From: Acidobacteriota bacterium
GTDB lineage: Bacteria > Acidobacteriota > Thermoanaerobaculia > UBA5066 > Gp7-AA6
Length of the DNA stretch: 64,000 bases
Direction of reading: 5' to 3'
Assembly (NCBI GenBank): GCA_020199905.1
Contig: JAIVJS010000075.1
Coordinates: forward strand, 4,521 to 68,520
A program made the translations under genes and the position numbers. Within the stretch, counting starts at the first letter, position 1, and each line of letters begins with the position of its first letter. Below are positions 1-10,155 of this stretch, in pieces. Below the pieces are notes generated by a model that searched no databases, was not told the DNA's origin, and was given only the letters and a program-made list of their open reading frames with translations.

Positions 1-225
1 TACTCCTATGCCGCGCCGGAGCCCAAAGGCTTTCGAGATCTTCCGGTCCGCCCGGCCGCGGCCCGCTTCGACAAGACGCTCGGCGAGTACCTGCTCCCCT
101 ACGAGGCCGTCGCGGCCGCGCCGGAGCCCGAGGCCGACGCCCTGGCTTTTTTTCAATCCACGTACGATGCCGCCGCTCAAACCGGCCGCTGGGACCGCCC
201 GAGCCTCGAACGCGGAAGATCCTGA
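1..225 (+). CDS. DUF5996-like protein, 3' end (partial)
   Basis: Frame 1 reads YSYAAPEPKGF...FDKTLGEYLLPYEAV...FFQSTYDAAAQTGRWDRPSLER*, matching the C-terminus of DUF5996 proteins. Not in the ORF track. Confidence 0.75.
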   Translation, partial: YSYAAPEPKGFRDLPVRPAAARFDKTLGEYLLPYEAVAAAPEPEADALAFFQSTYDAAAQTGRWDRPSLERGRS

Positions 226-247
226 CCGGGAGACTTCTTGGCCTTTT

Positions 248-316
248 CTCGACTCTCGACTCTGAACTCTCAACTTTCTTCTTGAGCGCTCATCGCATAA
301 CGCTCAGCGCTCAACT
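248..316. repeat. Degenerate heptamer tandem arrays
   Basis: ctcgact ctcgact ctgaact ctcaact ... ctcatcg cataacg ctcagcg ctcaact (7-nt period). Confidence 0.75.
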
Positions 317-334
317 CTTTTCTTCGGAGGCCAC

Positions 335-3300
335 GTGATCGGAACGCGCCGCGCCGCCGCGGGACTCATCGCCCTCGCCTGCATCGCCGCCTCGGCTTCG
401 GCGGCGGCTCCGCCGGATCCGCGACTCTTCTCCGAAATGCGTTGGCGGTGCATCGGCCCGTTCCGCGGGGGGCGGACCGTCGGCGCCGCGGGGATTCCCT
501 CGCAGCCGAACGTCTTCTTCATGGGTGTCAACAACGGCGGTGTCTGGAAGACCACCGACGCCGGGCGCACGTGGGCACCGATCTTCGACGATCAGCCGAC
601 CCAGTCGATCGGCGCCATCGCTCTGGCTCCGTCGAACCCCGACATCCTCTACGTCGGGAGCGGCGAGGGGCTCCAGCGGCCGGACCTCTCGACGGGCGAC
701 GGAATCTACAAATCGACCGATGGCGGGAAAAGCTGGATGCATCTCGGCCTCGAGGACGGGCAGCAGATCGGGGCCCTCCTCGTCGATCCCGGGAATCCCA
801 ACCGGGTCTTCGCCGCCGTTCTCGGCCATCCTTACGGGCCCAATCCGGAGCGCGGGGTCTTCCGGTCGACGGACGGCGGGCAGAGCTGGGAAAAGGTGCT
901 CTACAGGGACGAGAACACCGGCGCGATCGCGCTCGCGTTCGACCCGAAGAATCCGCAGGTGGTGTACGCGGACCTTTGGGCGGCCCGGCAGGCGCCCTGG
1001 GAAATCGGCGCCTCGTTCCAGGGGCCGGGAAGCGGGCTCTACAAGTCGACGGACGGCGGAACGACCTGGAAGCCGCTGACGGCCGGTCTCCCGACGCTCG
1101 CGGAGGGCCTCGGCCGCATCGGCATCGCCGTCGCACCGTCGGATCCGTCGCGGCTGTATGCCCAGGTCGACGCCGACGCCGCGCACGGCGGGACGTATCG
1201 GTCCGACGACGCGGGCGCCACGTGGCGGCGCGTCAACGCGGAGAACCGGATCTGGGGGCGTGGAGGAGACTTCGCCGAAATCAAGGTCGACCCGAAGAAT
1301 CCCGACGTCGTCTACGCGGCGAATACGTCCACGTACCGCTCCACCGACGGCGGCCGCACCTTCACGGCGATCAAGGGCGCGCCGGGAGGCGACGACTACC
1401 ACACGATCTGGATCAACCCCGACCACCCCGAGATCATCTTTCTCGCCGCCGACCAGGGCGCGACGATCTCGGTCAACGGGGGAAAGACGTGGAGCTCCTG
1501 GTACAACCAGCCGACGGCCCAGTTCTACCATGTGATCACGGACAACCAGTTTCCGTACCGCGTCTACGGCGGGCAGCAGGAGAGCGGTTCGGCGGGGGTC
1601 TCGAGCCGGAGCGACGACGGGTCGATCCACTTCGGAGACTTCCACCCGGTCGGCGTCGAGGAATACGGCTATGTCGCGCCGGATCCGCTGAACCCCGACA
1701 TCATCTTCGGCGGGAAGATCAGCCGCCACGACATGCGCACGGGCGACACCACCGACATCTCGCCGGCGCCCATCCGGGGCCAGTACCGCTTCGTTCGGAC
1801 CATGCCGGTGCTCTTCTCCCCTCTCGATCCCCACCTTCTCTATCTCGGCGCCAACGTTCTCTTCGCCACGCGCGACGGCGGCAACAGCTGGAGCGTTCTT
1901 TCGCCCGACCTGACGCGCGCCGCCTGGGAAATGCCCGCGAGCGTCGGCGTCTTCGCCCCGATGGATCCGGAGAAGGGGAAGCATCGCGGCGTGATCTACA
2001 CGATCGCGCCGTCCCCCAGGGAAGCCGGCCGGATCTGGGTCGGAACCGACGACGGGCTGATCCATGTGACGACGGACGGCGGTAAGACCTGGAAGGACGT
2101 CACGCCGAAGGCGCTGACGCCGTGGAGCAAGGTCTCCCTGATGGAGGCGTCTCACTCGGATCCCGCCGTGGCGTACGCCGCAATCAACCGCTTCCGACTC
2201 GATGACCTGCGCCCCCACATATACCGGACGCGCGACGGCGGCGCGACCTGGACGGAAATCGTCCGCGGGATCCCCGGCAACGAGGTGGTGAACGCCGTCC
2301 GCGAAGATCCGGAGCGCCGCGGGCTCCTCTTTGCCGGCACGGAGCGGGGCGTGTACGTCTCTTTTGACGACGGGGACGAATGGCGGTCCGTCCGGAACAA
2401 TCTCCCGGCGACCTCGGTCCGCGACCTCGTCGTGCATGGCGACGACCTGGTCGTCGGAACGCACGGGCGCTCCTTCTGGATCCTCGACGACATCACGCCT
2501 CTCCGCCAGATGGCGGCAGAGGCCGTCGCCGCGGAGGTCCATCTCTTCCGTCCGCAGGTGGCGACACGCGTCAAGCGGAGTCAATGGCCCGACACTCCCC
2601 TGCCCCCGGAGGAGCCGGCGGGTCAGAACCCTCCCGACGGGGCCATCGTGAACTACGTCCTGAAGTCGAAGCCGGCGCAGCCGGTCGTGCTCGAGATCCT
2701 CGACCCGGCGGGAAAGCTCGTCCGCCGCTTCACGAGCGCGGACCGTCCCGAGCCCGTGGATCCCGAGTTGAACGTCCCGACCTACTGGATCCGCCGCCCC
2801 GCGGTCCTCTCCGCCGAGCCCGGGATGCACCGGTTCGTGTGGGATCTGCACTATCCGCCTCCCGACGTGCTCGAGCACGAATACCCCATCTCGGCCGTGC
2901 CGGGCGACACGCCGCGGCATCCGGTCGGGCCGGCGGTTCTCCCCGGAACTTACACGGTCCGGCTGACGGCGAACGGGCGCGCCGTCACCGCCCCTCTCAC
3001 CGTGCGCATGGATCCTCGCGTGAAGACGCCGCCGGAGGGTCTCGCGCAGCGGTTCCGGCTGGCGACGGAAATCTCGGCCGCACTGTCACGCGACTCCGGG
3101 GCGCTCACGGAAGTGAAGGCGGCGCGGGCCAGGTTGAAGCCCGCCGCAGAAGCCGGCGCCCGAAAGGGATCTCCTTCGTCGTACGAGGCGGACCTGCTCG
3201 CCCTCGAAGGCTCGGGCGGAGGCCGCCGCGGCGCGAACCGGGACGATCTCTCAGGCCTGAACGGAAAGCTGGCCAGCCTCTACGCGGTCGTCGAAGGCTC

Positions 3301-3415
3301 GGAGACGTCCCCGACGACGCAGGCCGTGGCGGCGTGGAAGGAGCTGTCGGACTCGCTGGAGAAGACGCTGGCGCGCTGGGCCGAGGTGAAGAAGTCGGCA
3401 GGCGGGAGGCGGTAG
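335..3415 (+). CDS. Secreted BNR/Asp-box (VPS10/sortilin-like) beta-propeller glycosyl-hydrolase-like protein
   Basis: 1026 aa, signal peptide, WRCIGPFRGGR start, many S/T-x-D-G-G-x-T/S-W Asp boxes. Confidence 0.88.
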   Translation: MIGTRRAAAGLIALACIAASASAAAPPDPRLFSEMRWRCIGPFRGGRTVGAAGIPSQPNVFFMGVNNGGVWKTTDAGRTWAPIFDDQPTQSIGAIALAPSNPDILYVGSGEGLQRPDLSTGDGIYKSTDGGKSWMHLGLEDGQQIGALLVDPGNPNRVFAAVLGHPYGPNPERGVFRSTDGGQSWEKVLYRDENTGAIALAFDPKNPQVVYADLWAARQAPWEIGASFQGPGSGLYKSTDGGTTWKPLTAGLPTLAEGLGRIGIAVAPSDPSRLYAQVDADAAHGGTYRSDDAGATWRRVNAENRIWGRGGDFAEIKVDPKNPDVVYAANTSTYRSTDGGRTFTAIKGAPGGDDYHTIWINPDHPEIIFLAADQGATISVNGGKTWSSWYNQPTAQFYHVITDNQFPYRVYGGQQESGSAGVSSRSDDGSIHFGDFHPVGVEEYGYVAPDPLNPDIIFGGKISRHDMRTGDTTDISPAPIRGQYRFVRTMPVLFSPLDPHLLYLGANVLFATRDGGNSWSVLSPDLTRAAWEMPASVGVFAPMDPEKGKHRGVIYTIAPSPREAGRIWVGTDDGLIHVTTDGGKTWKDVTPKALTPWSKVSLMEASHSDPAVAYAAINRFRLDDLRPHIYRTRDGGATWTEIVRGIPGNEVVNAVREDPERRGLLFAGTERGVYVSFDDGDEWRSVRNNLPATSVRDLVVHGDDLVVGTHGRSFWILDDITPLRQMAAEAVAAEVHLFRPQVATRVKRSQWPDTPLPPEEPAGQNPPDGAIVNYVLKSKPAQPVVLEILDPAGKLVRRFTSADRPEPVDPELNVPTYWIRRPAVLSAEPGMHRFVWDLHYPPPDVLEHEYPISAVPGDTPRHPVGPAVLPGTYTVRLTANGRAVTAPLTVRMDPRVKTPPEGLAQRFRLATEISAALSRDSGALTEVKAARARLKPAAEAGARKGSPSSYEADLLALEGSGGGRRGANRDDLSGLNGKLASLYAVVEGSETSPTTQAVAAWKELSDSLEKTLARWAEVKKSAGGRR

Positions 3416-3500
3416 GCGGGAGGCGGACGAAAGCCGGGAATCGGAAATCGGGACTCGAACGACGGAAATTGAAGAGGGGCCCGCCTCCCGCCTACCGCCC
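3394..3500. repeat. Inverted heptamer arrays forming a hairpin between convergent genes
   Basis: ggcggga ggcggta ggcggga ggcggac, then cgggaat cggaaat cgggact; perfect 19-bp inverted repeat 3408-3426 / 3481-3499. Confidence 0.8.
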
Positions 3501-3503
3501 CGT

Positions 3504-3869
3504 CTAATATGGCATCTCCTCGTCCGACAGCCCCAGGACGTGCCCGATTTCGTGGACGACCGTGTCGCGGATCTCCCGGATCGCTTCTCCCTTCGAGCGG
3601 CAGGTCCGGAGGATCGGGCCCCGGAAGATCGCGATCTGGCCCGGCAAGTGCGAGACCGCGGACTGGCGGTCGAAGACGTCCATGCCGCGGAAGATGCCGA
3701 AGAGCTCGTCGTCGTCCGCGGTGTCGGTCTCCTCGTAGTCTTCGACGGCGGGCTCCTCTTCGACGACGACCACGACGTTCTCGATGTACCGGGCAAATGC
3801 GGGAGGGACCTGAGCCAGCGCTTCCTCGACGCAGGCGTCGAATTCGTCGGGAGAAAGGCGTGGCCTCAC
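3504..3869 (-). CDS. Zincin-like metallopeptidase (DUF1025/Zincin_1)
   Basis: LFGIFRG...IAIFRGPI...TVVHEIGHVLGLSDEE (HEXXH). Confidence 0.88.
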   Translation of the reverse strand: MRPRLSPDEFDACVEEALAQVPPAFARYIENVVVVVEEEPAVEDYEETDTADDDELFGIFRGMDVFDRQSAVSHLPGQIAIFRGPILRTCRSKGEAIREIRDTVVHEIGHVLGLSDEEMPY

Positions 3870-4657
3870 GGGAGAAAGAGCGCGTCGAAATTCGAGGTGG
3901 TGGCGGAGGCCACCGCGGCGAGGTCCGTGCTCTGAGCCGCGGCCAGCGCCTTCGCGGTCTCGACGACGAACGCGGGCTCCCCGGGTTTCCCGCGATGCGG
4001 CACCGGCGCCAGAAAAGGCGTGTCAGTCTCGATCAGGAGGGCGTCGAGGGGCAGACCCGCCGCCGCGGCCCGGATGTTCTCCGCGGCGCGAAACGTGATC
4101 ATCCCCGAGAACGAAATCCTGTAGCCGAGGTCGATCGCCTTTCGGCCGTATTCCGCCGTCTCCGTGAACGAGTGATGAACCCCGGGCCGCTCGCGCGGTG
4201 GCTGGCGCGAAAGAAGCGCGTACATCTCGCCGCCGCTCTCCCGGTTGTGCAGGATGGCGGGCTTTCCGAGGCGGCGGGCGAGGTCCAGCATCCATTCGAG
4301 GACGGCGATTTGAATTTTTCGAGGGGAGAGGTCGTAGTGGAAGTCGAGGCCGACCTCGCCGATCGCGGCGGCCTTCGGGTCGCGGGCGAGCGCCTCGAGA
4401 AGCGGCCCATCCCGGTCAACGTCGAAGTCCTTCGCTTCGTGCGGATGGACGCCCACCGCCGCGACGACGTCTGAGTGACGACGCGCGATCGCGAGCGCCG
4501 CCTCGGAATCGGCCAGAGTCGTCCCGGGGACCAGAAAGCGCCCGACGCCGGCCGCGCGCGCCCGCGCGAGCAGCACGTCCGTAACGGCGGAGACGCCGTC
4601 CCGTCCCTCGAGCTGCAGGTGGCAATGCGAATCGGCCAGCACGAGACGGTCGCTCAC
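3866..4657 (-). CDS. tatD: TatD family hydrolase
   Basis: DSHCHL, GVHPH, IGEVGLDFHY, LIETDTPFLAPVPHRG; GTG start at 4657 with RBS; downstream of metG. Confidence 0.92.
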   Translation of the reverse strand: MSDRLVLADSHCHLQLEGRDGVSAVTDVLLARARAAGVGRFLVPGTTLADSEAALAIARRHSDVVAAVGVHPHEAKDFDVDRDGPLLEALARDPKAAAIGEVGLDFHYDLSPRKIQIAVLEWMLDLARRLGKPAILHNRESGGEMYALLSRQPPRERPGVHHSFTETAEYGRKAIDLGYRISFSGMITFRAAENIRAAAAGLPLDALLIETDTPFLAPVPHRGKPGEPAFVVETAKALAAAQSTDLAAVASATTSNFDALFLP

Positions 4658-4677
4658 GCGGGTCTCCCTTGACTCAA

Positions 4678-4728
4678 CTCGAGACTGAGAACTCAAGACT
4701 GAAAGCTGAGATCTGACAGCTGACAGCT
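4678..4728. repeat. Heptamer tandem array (7 units) at metG stop
   Basis: ctcgaga ctgagaa ctcaaga ctgaaag ctgagat ctgacag ctgacag. Confidence 0.8.
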
Positions 4729-6720
4729 CTACTTCACCCGGCTGCCCGGCGGGACGTCGGACGCCACCTCCAGCAGGGACGGCTCTCCCGCCTCCCCCAC
4801 CGTCGCGGCGAGCACCATCCCGTTCGATTCGACCCCCATGAGCTTCGCGGGCTTCAGGTTCGCGACGATCACGACGTTGCGGCCGACCAGGGCCTCCGGC
4901 TCGTAGCGGGCGGCGATGCCGGCGACGATCTGCCGCTGCTCGGTCCCGAGATCGACCTGAAGCTTCATCAGCTTGTTCGATTTGGGAACCCGCTCGGCCG
5001 TGAGCACCTTTGCGGTGACGAGCCTGACCTTCTGGAACTCCTCGATTCCGATCCGGGCATCGGAGGTCGCGGGCGAGACGGCCTGGGTGGTCTCGACGCG
5101 CGGGGCCTCCGGCGTGGCGGCCGGAGCGGGGACGGAAGCGGCGGGAGGAGGGGTCGGTTTATCTTCCATGGGACTCTGCTCTCCTTTCAGATACGCGGCG
5201 ATGTCGGCGCGGGGGAAGAGGGCCGGCGACTCGGGAAGGGGCGCGCCCAGGACGAGGCCGCCCCAGCGGAGGTCGTGCTCGTCCGGGTCGCGCGGAGGAA
5301 GACCCAGGGTCTCGAAGATCTTCCGGGACGTCGCCGGAAGAAACGGCGAGAGGAGGACGGCCGCGAGCCGCACGCCCTCGGCCGCTCCGTAGAGGATCCT
5401 CTGAAGCCTGTCGGACGCGCCCTCCTCCTTCCGGATCTTCCAGGGCTCCCGGCTGACCACGTAGCCGTTGATCTGCGAGAGGAGCTTCCAGACCGCTTCG
5501 AGCGCGCGGTGGAACGCGAGCTCCTCCATCGCCTCCCGCCACTCCTTGCGGAGCGGCCGGTACGCGGTGTGGATCTCGTTGACGCCGCAGGGCACGGTGG
5601 GCGCAGACCCGAACGACTGCCGGCAGAGAGCGGCGACCCTCGAAACGGTGTTCCCGAGGTCGTTGGCGAGGTCCGCGTTGTACCGCACGAGGAAGGCCTC
5701 GTCGGAAAAGCTCGCGTCCTGTCCGAAGGCCATCTCGCGCAGGAGGAAATAGCGCACCGCGTCGGGGCCGAAGGTCGCGGCGAGCTCATCGGGGCGCACG
5801 ATGCCGCCCACCGACTTCGAGATCTTCTTCCCATCCCGCAGCCACCATCCATGCGCCCACACCGTCGTCGGAAGAGGAAGCCCGGCGGACAGCAGGAACG
5901 CCGGCCAGTAGACGGCGTGAAACCTCAGGATGTCCTTGCCGATCAGGTGGACGCGGCGGGATTCCGGATCGACCCAGAACTCCCGGTAGAGCCGGTCGTC
6001 CTCCGCTCCGAAACCGAGCGCGGTGATGTAGTTCGCCAGCGCGTCCAGCCACACGTAGACGACGTGCCCGGGATGGTTCGGAAACGGGATGCCCCACTGA
6101 AGCTTCGTGCGCGAGACCGAGAGGTCGTTCAATCCTCCGCGGATGAAGGACACGACCTCCGCGCGCCGCGTCTCGGGCCGGATGAACCCGGGGTGCGCTT
6201 CGATGTGGCGCAGGAGAGGCTCCGCGTACTTCGAAAGGCGGAAGAAGACGTTCTCCTCCGACTCCCAGGTGCAGACCGTGCCGTGGATGGGACATCGTTT
6301 CTCGGAGTCGAGCTCCTTCTCCGTGTAGAAGATCTCGCAGCCCGAGCAGTACCACCCTTCATGCCGCGCGGTGTAGAAGTCGCCCGCCGCTTCGATCTTC
6401 GAGATCAGGGCCGTGACGCCCTGCCGGTGCCGGGGCTCGGTCGTGCGAATGAAGTCGTCGTTCGCGATGTCGTACATCTTCCAGAGCTCTCCGTAGCGCG
6501 CCACCACCCGGTCCGCGAGCTCGATCGGGCGAAGGTTCTGCTCCGCGGCCGCCTTTTCGATCTTCTGCCCGTGCTCGTCGGTCCCGGTCAGAAAGCGCGT
6601 CGGGTCGCCGATCAGCCGGTGGAACCGCGTCAGGGCATCGCCGACGACGGTCGAATAGATGTGCCCGATGTGGGGCAGATCGTTGACGTAGTAGATCGGC
6701 GTGGTGGCGTAGAAGCGCAC
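4729..6720 (-). CDS. metG: Methionine--tRNA ligase with C-terminal tRNA-binding domain
   Basis: TTPIYYVN..PHIGH, LTGTDEHGQKI, KISKS, C-terminal NLKPAKLMGVESNGM. Confidence 0.97.
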   Translation of the reverse strand: MRFYATTPIYYVNDLPHIGHIYSTVVGDALTRFHRLIGDPTRFLTGTDEHGQKIEKAAAEQNLRPIELADRVVARYGELWKMYDIANDDFIRTTEPRHRQGVTALISKIEAAGDFYTARHEGWYCSGCEIFYTEKELDSEKRCPIHGTVCTWESEENVFFRLSKYAEPLLRHIEAHPGFIRPETRRAEVVSFIRGGLNDLSVSRTKLQWGIPFPNHPGHVVYVWLDALANYITALGFGAEDDRLYREFWVDPESRRVHLIGKDILRFHAVYWPAFLLSAGLPLPTTVWAHGWWLRDGKKISKSVGGIVRPDELAATFGPDAVRYFLLREMAFGQDASFSDEAFLVRYNADLANDLGNTVSRVAALCRQSFGSAPTVPCGVNEIHTAYRPLRKEWREAMEELAFHRALEAVWKLLSQINGYVVSREPWKIRKEEGASDRLQRILYGAAEGVRLAAVLLSPFLPATSRKIFETLGLPPRDPDEHDLRWGGLVLGAPLPESPALFPRADIAAYLKGEQSPMEDKPTPPPAASVPAPAATPEAPRVETTQAVSPATSDARIGIEEFQKVRLVTAKVLTAERVPKSNKLMKLQVDLGTEQRQIVAGIAARYEPEALVGRNVVIVANLKPAKLMGVESNGMVLAATVGEAGEPSLLEVASDVPPGSRVK

Positions 6721-6736
6721 GGCTGGTTGCTGGGGG

Positions 6737-6848
6737 TTAAGCGTTGAGCGTTAAGCGTTGAGCGTCGAAGAGCCCCGGAACGAGACGCTCAACATACACC
6801 GAGTCGCGTCGACAGATCGACGCTCAACGCTCGTCGCTCGACGCTCAA
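6737..6848. repeat. Inverted heptamer arrays
   Basis: Left ttaagcg ttgagcg ttaagcg ttgagcg; right cgctcaa cgctcgt cgctcga cgctcaa, ending 5 nt from the radC stop. Confidence 0.82.
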
Positions 6849-6853
6849 CTCTC

Positions 6854-7564
6854 TTACAGCAATCCTGCCTCGCGGAACGAGATGCAGCCGGAACGGCCGA
6901 CGACGATGTGATCGAGCAGCCGGACGCCGACCGACTCGGCGGCGGTTGCCAGCCGGCGGGTGAACTCGCGGTCTTCCCGCGATGGGGAGGGATCTCCCGA
7001 CGGATGGTTGTGGTACAGGATCACCCCCGCCGCGTTGGCCAGCAGGGCGCGCTTCAAGATCTCGCGCGGTTCGACGACGGCGCGATCGAGCGTGCCCCGG
7101 TAGATGTCCGGATCGTCTTTCAGGAGCCGGTTCCTCGCGTTGACGAACAGCGCGCCGGTCCGCTCCTGCGCGCCGTCTCCGCGGGCCCGGCGGAGATACT
7201 CCTTGACGAGATTCGGCTCGTGAAACAGGTCGCGCGGCGCGATCGCCTCGGTCGAAAGGCGCCGGCCGAGCTCGAGCGAGGCTTCGATGACCGCGGCGCG
7301 CGCGCCCTTGATCCCGCGCTCGCGGCGCAGCTCGGCGCCCGACATTCCGGCGAGCGCCACCAGGCCGCCATGATCGGCGAGGAGACTCCGGGCGCGGTCG
7401 AGAGCGTTCTCGCCGCGGGTGCCGGACCCGAGCAGCAGGGAGAGGAGCTCCTCGTTCGAAAGAGCGGCGGCGCCCACGCGCGCGAGACGCTCTCTGGGAC
7501 GCTCGTCGCAGGGAAGATCGCGGATTCGGAGAACAGGGCGTCGGGGAGACGTGATTTCGGTCAT
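6854..7564 (-). CDS. radC: RadC/UPF0758 JAB-domain protein
   Basis: ERPRERL...LSNEELL, HNHPSGDPSPSRED, LLDHIVVG. Confidence 0.95.
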   Translation of the reverse strand: MTEITSPRRPVLRIRDLPCDERPRERLARVGAAALSNEELLSLLLGSGTRGENALDRARSLLADHGGLVALAGMSGAELRRERGIKGARAAVIEASLELGRRLSTEAIAPRDLFHEPNLVKEYLRRARGDGAQERTGALFVNARNRLLKDDPDIYRGTLDRAVVEPREILKRALLANAAGVILYHNHPSGDPSPSREDREFTRRLATAAESVGVRLLDHIVVGRSGCISFREAGLL

Positions 7565-7676
7565 GGCGTGCGGTCGGAGAGCCCGCGCTCGCCCGGTGAG
7601 GAGGAGGCGATCATGGCACGGATCTGGCGAAAGGCGAAGGGAGGACGGAAGGGCGGGACAGCAGGAGGGCGTGACC

Positions 7677-7886
7677 ATGCAGTTTCCGATCCGAGGCTTG
7701 CTGATGGCGGCGGGCGTGCTGCTGGTCGCCGCGGCCGTGCTGTGGCCGGTCCTCTCCCGCTATGTCGGGCGCCTGCCCGGCGACTTGCTGGTGCGCCGGG
7801 GTAGCTGGACGTTCGCCTTCCCTCTCGTCACCTGCCTGCTGCTGTCGCTGCTGTTCTCTCTCGCCCTCTGGCTCTTTCGGAGATGA
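7677..7886 (+). CDS. DUF2905 small membrane protein
   Basis: GRLPGDLLVRRGSWTFAFPLVTCLLLSLL; GGAGG RBS. Confidence 0.88.
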   Translation: MQFPIRGLLMAAGVLLVAAAVLWPVLSRYVGRLPGDLLVRRGSWTFAFPLVTCLLLSLLFSLALWLFRR

Positions 7887-8997
7887 GGCGCCGGTAGAGG
7901 GCCTCGACCCGGTCGAGTCGCACTTCGGAGGAGAAACCGGCCTCGACCCGCGCGCGGGCACTCCGTCCCAGCGAGGCCGCCAGCGCCGGGTCCGCCAGGA
8001 GGCGCCGGACCGCCGCCGCCATCGCCGGCGGATCTCGCGGGGGGACGAGCAGGCCGGACTCGCCGTCGACGACGAGCTCGGGATTTCCCCCGGCGGCGCT
8101 CCCGAGCACCGGCTTGCCGAGCGCCATGGCCTCGCGCAGCGTCCCCGTCACTCCAAGCCCTTCGTATGAGAGGTCGGCCACCATGTCCGCGGCCGCCAGC
8201 ACGTCGGGCATGTCGGACCGGAAACCGATCGGCCGCACCCGGTCTTCGACGCCCTGCGCGCGGGCAAACGCGAGGACGTCGGCCTTCTTCGCCTCGTCCT
8301 CACACGCCACGATCGCCGTGCGCAACCGGGGAAACTCCGGCGCGAGGAGAGCGGTCGCGGACACCAGGTCTCTCCAGCCTTTCCACTCCCGCGCGCCGAC
8401 CTGGACCAGCAGCGTGTCGCCCGGCGAGACGCCCCACTCGCGGCGGACTCTCGCCCCGTCCGTCTTGCCGGGATCGAACACCGAGAGGTCCACGCCGGCG
8501 TAGATCACGTGGACGATTCCGGGCGCGAGCCGGCCCGACTTCACGATGACACGTTTAATGTCCTCGCAGACCGTGACGACCGCGTCCATCCGAACGTGGA
8601 ACTTGATCCGATTGAAGACGTCGAGAGGGAACGAGACCCCGCGATTCACGACCAGCACGGGCCGGCGGCGCGAGAAGAGAGTCGAGAAGAGCGCGATCGA
8701 GTGGGCGATTCCCTTGTGCACGTGGATGACGTCCACCTCCCGCTCGTCGACCAGAGCCGCGAGCTTCCGCGCGCTCGCGAAGTCGAACTCGTGCTTCAAC
8801 GGAAGGGCGTGAAAGTCCAGCCCCTCCGCTCGCGCCTTTCCCGGAACTTCGCCGGCGTCGCGGGTCACGATCGCGACGCGGTGCCCGCGGCGCGAGAGAC
8901 CCCGCGCCAGCTGGAACATCTGCACGACGCTTCCCGTGGAGAACAGACCCTTCTCGAGGATCTGGAGAATCGAAAGGGGCGGAGCGGCGGGCGGCAT
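7828..8997 (-). CDS. Glycosyltransferase family 4 (alternative start 9036)
   Basis: GFRSDMPDVLAAAD...EGLGVTGTLREAMALGKPV...GGNPELVVDGESGLLVPP. Confidence 0.9.
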   Translation of the reverse strand: MPPAAPPLSILQILEKGLFSTGSVVQMFQLARGLSRRGHRVAIVTRDAGEVPGKARAEGLDFHALPLKHEFDFASARKLAALVDEREVDVIHVHKGIAHSIALFSTLFSRRRPVLVVNRGVSFPLDVFNRIKFHVRMDAVVTVCEDIKRVIVKSGRLAPGIVHVIYAGVDLSVFDPGKTDGARVRREWGVSPGDTLLVQVGAREWKGWRDLVSATALLAPEFPRLRTAIVACEDEAKKADVLAFARAQGVEDRVRPIGFRSDMPDVLAAADMVADLSYEGLGVTGTLREAMALGKPVLGSAAGGNPELVVDGESGLLVPPRDPPAMAAAVRRLLADPALAASLGRSARARVEAGFSSEVRLDRVEALYRRLISERARGRERTAATAAGR

Positions 8998-8998
8998 C

Positions 8999-10033
8999 TC
9001 AGGAGGAGGGATCGGGCACGAGAACGATCTTTCCATGCTGACGACCCTCTTCCAGGCGCTGGTACGCCTCGGCCGCGCGGGAGAACGGAAACACCTGGTC
9101 GAGCCGCGGCGTGAGGCGGCCCGCGGAGACCGCCGAGAGCAGCGCGCGGAACTCGCGGTCGTTCGCCATCGTGGACCCGAGGATGGAGAGCTGCTTCCAG
9201 AAGATCAGGCGGATCTCCTCCTTCGGGTTGGGACCCGACGTCGCTCCGCACGTGACGATCCGCCCGGCCTTCGAAGCCGCCTGAAGCGAGGTCATCCACG
9301 TGGCCTCGCCCACGCAATCGACCACGACGTCGACGCCGCGCTTGCCGGTGCGGGCGCGCACCTCCTTGCCGACGTCGGATTTCTTATAGTCCAGCACGAC
9401 CTCGGCGCCCGAACCCGCGACCTGCCGCATCTTCTCGGCGCCGGACGTCGTCGCCCAGACGCGCCCGCCGCAGAGAAGGGAGATCTCGATGGCGGCGCCG
9501 GCCACGCCCCCGCCCGCCCCGTGGACGAGGACGATCTCGCCGGGGCGGACCGCGGCGCGCGTGACGATCATCCGCCACGCCGTCTGATAGACCAGCGGGA
9601 ACGCCGACGCCTGCTCGAACGAGAGTTTGTCCGGGATCGGGAAGAGGTTGCGCGCGGGAACGACGACTTTTTCGGCGAAAGTGCCGGCGAGATGCTCGCC
9701 CAGGATCCGGTACTTCACGCAGACGCTCTGCTCGCCGGCGCGGCAGAACTCGCAGGCGCCGCAGGAGAGACCCGGCTGGATCAGCACGCGGTCTCCGGGA
9801 TGGAAGCCTTCCACTCCCGGCCCGGCGAGATCGACGGTGCCGGCTCCGTCGGCTCCCGGCACCTGCGGCAGTGGCACATGCGGAATGCCGTTTCGCACGA
9901 AGAGGTCCAGGCGATTCAATGCCGCGGCCCGGATCGCCACCCGAACCTCTCCCGGCCCGGGCTCCGGCTCCTCCCGGTCGCCGTACCGGAGAACCTCGTG
10001 GCCGCCGTGCTGGACGAAATAGACGGCTTTCAT
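8999..10033 (-). CDS. Zinc-binding alcohol dehydrogenase / quinone oxidoreductase (MDR)
   Basis: MKAVYFVQHGG, CGACEFC...C structural Zn site, GAGGGVAG; real gene is the 3' part of track ORF 8999..11596. Confidence 0.92.
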   Translation of the reverse strand: MKAVYFVQHGGHEVLRYGDREEPEPGPGEVRVAIRAAALNRLDLFVRNGIPHVPLPQVPGADGAGTVDLAGPGVEGFHPGDRVLIQPGLSCGACEFCRAGEQSVCVKYRILGEHLAGTFAEKVVVPARNLFPIPDKLSFEQASAFPLVYQTAWRMIVTRAAVRPGEIVLVHGAGGGVAGAAIEISLLCGGRVWATTSGAEKMRQVAGSGAEVVLDYKKSDVGKEVRARTGKRGVDVVVDCVGEATWMTSLQAASKAGRIVTCGATSGPNPKEEIRLIFWKQLSILGSTMANDREFRALLSAVSAGRLTPRLDQVFPFSRAAEAYQRLEEGRQHGKIVLVPDPSS

Positions 10034-10051
10034 GCCGGTATCGTAAGCGGG

Positions 10052-10149
10052 TTGAGCGTTAAGCGTAGGGAAGAAGCGCGGACCTCGGCTCTCCGTATCT
10101 ATTCCTCGTCTTCTTAGAAAACGTTCAACGCTCGACGCTCGACGCTCAA
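10052..10149. repeat. Inverted heptamer arrays
   Basis: Left ttgagcg ttaagcg; right cgttcaa cgctcga cgctcga cgctcaa. Confidence 0.78.
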
Positions 10150-10155
10150 TCGACC

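Noticed and set aside
311-2920. Long antisense or alternate-frame ORFs (also 16848..19040, 14398..16764, 34416..36728, 44280..47264, 59990..62344)
   Set aside because: Shadow ORFs of real genes in high-GC DNA; Arg/Pro/Gly-rich with no motifs
4658-4696. Longer tatD N-terminus in the ORF track
   Set aside because: The extension is translated heptamer repeat; GTG at 4657 has an RBS
6737-6848. Repeat arrays as possible CRISPR
   Set aside because: 7-nt tandem units with no 23-47-bp repeat/spacer structure and no cas genes
6854-7564. radC as a mobile-element or anti-restriction marker
   Set aside because: Full-length chromosomal type next to metG and tatD with no mobile context
7828-7886. 59-bp convergent overlap of GT4 and DUF2905
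   Set aside because: Explained by a short run-on tail in GC-rich DNA; no evidence of function
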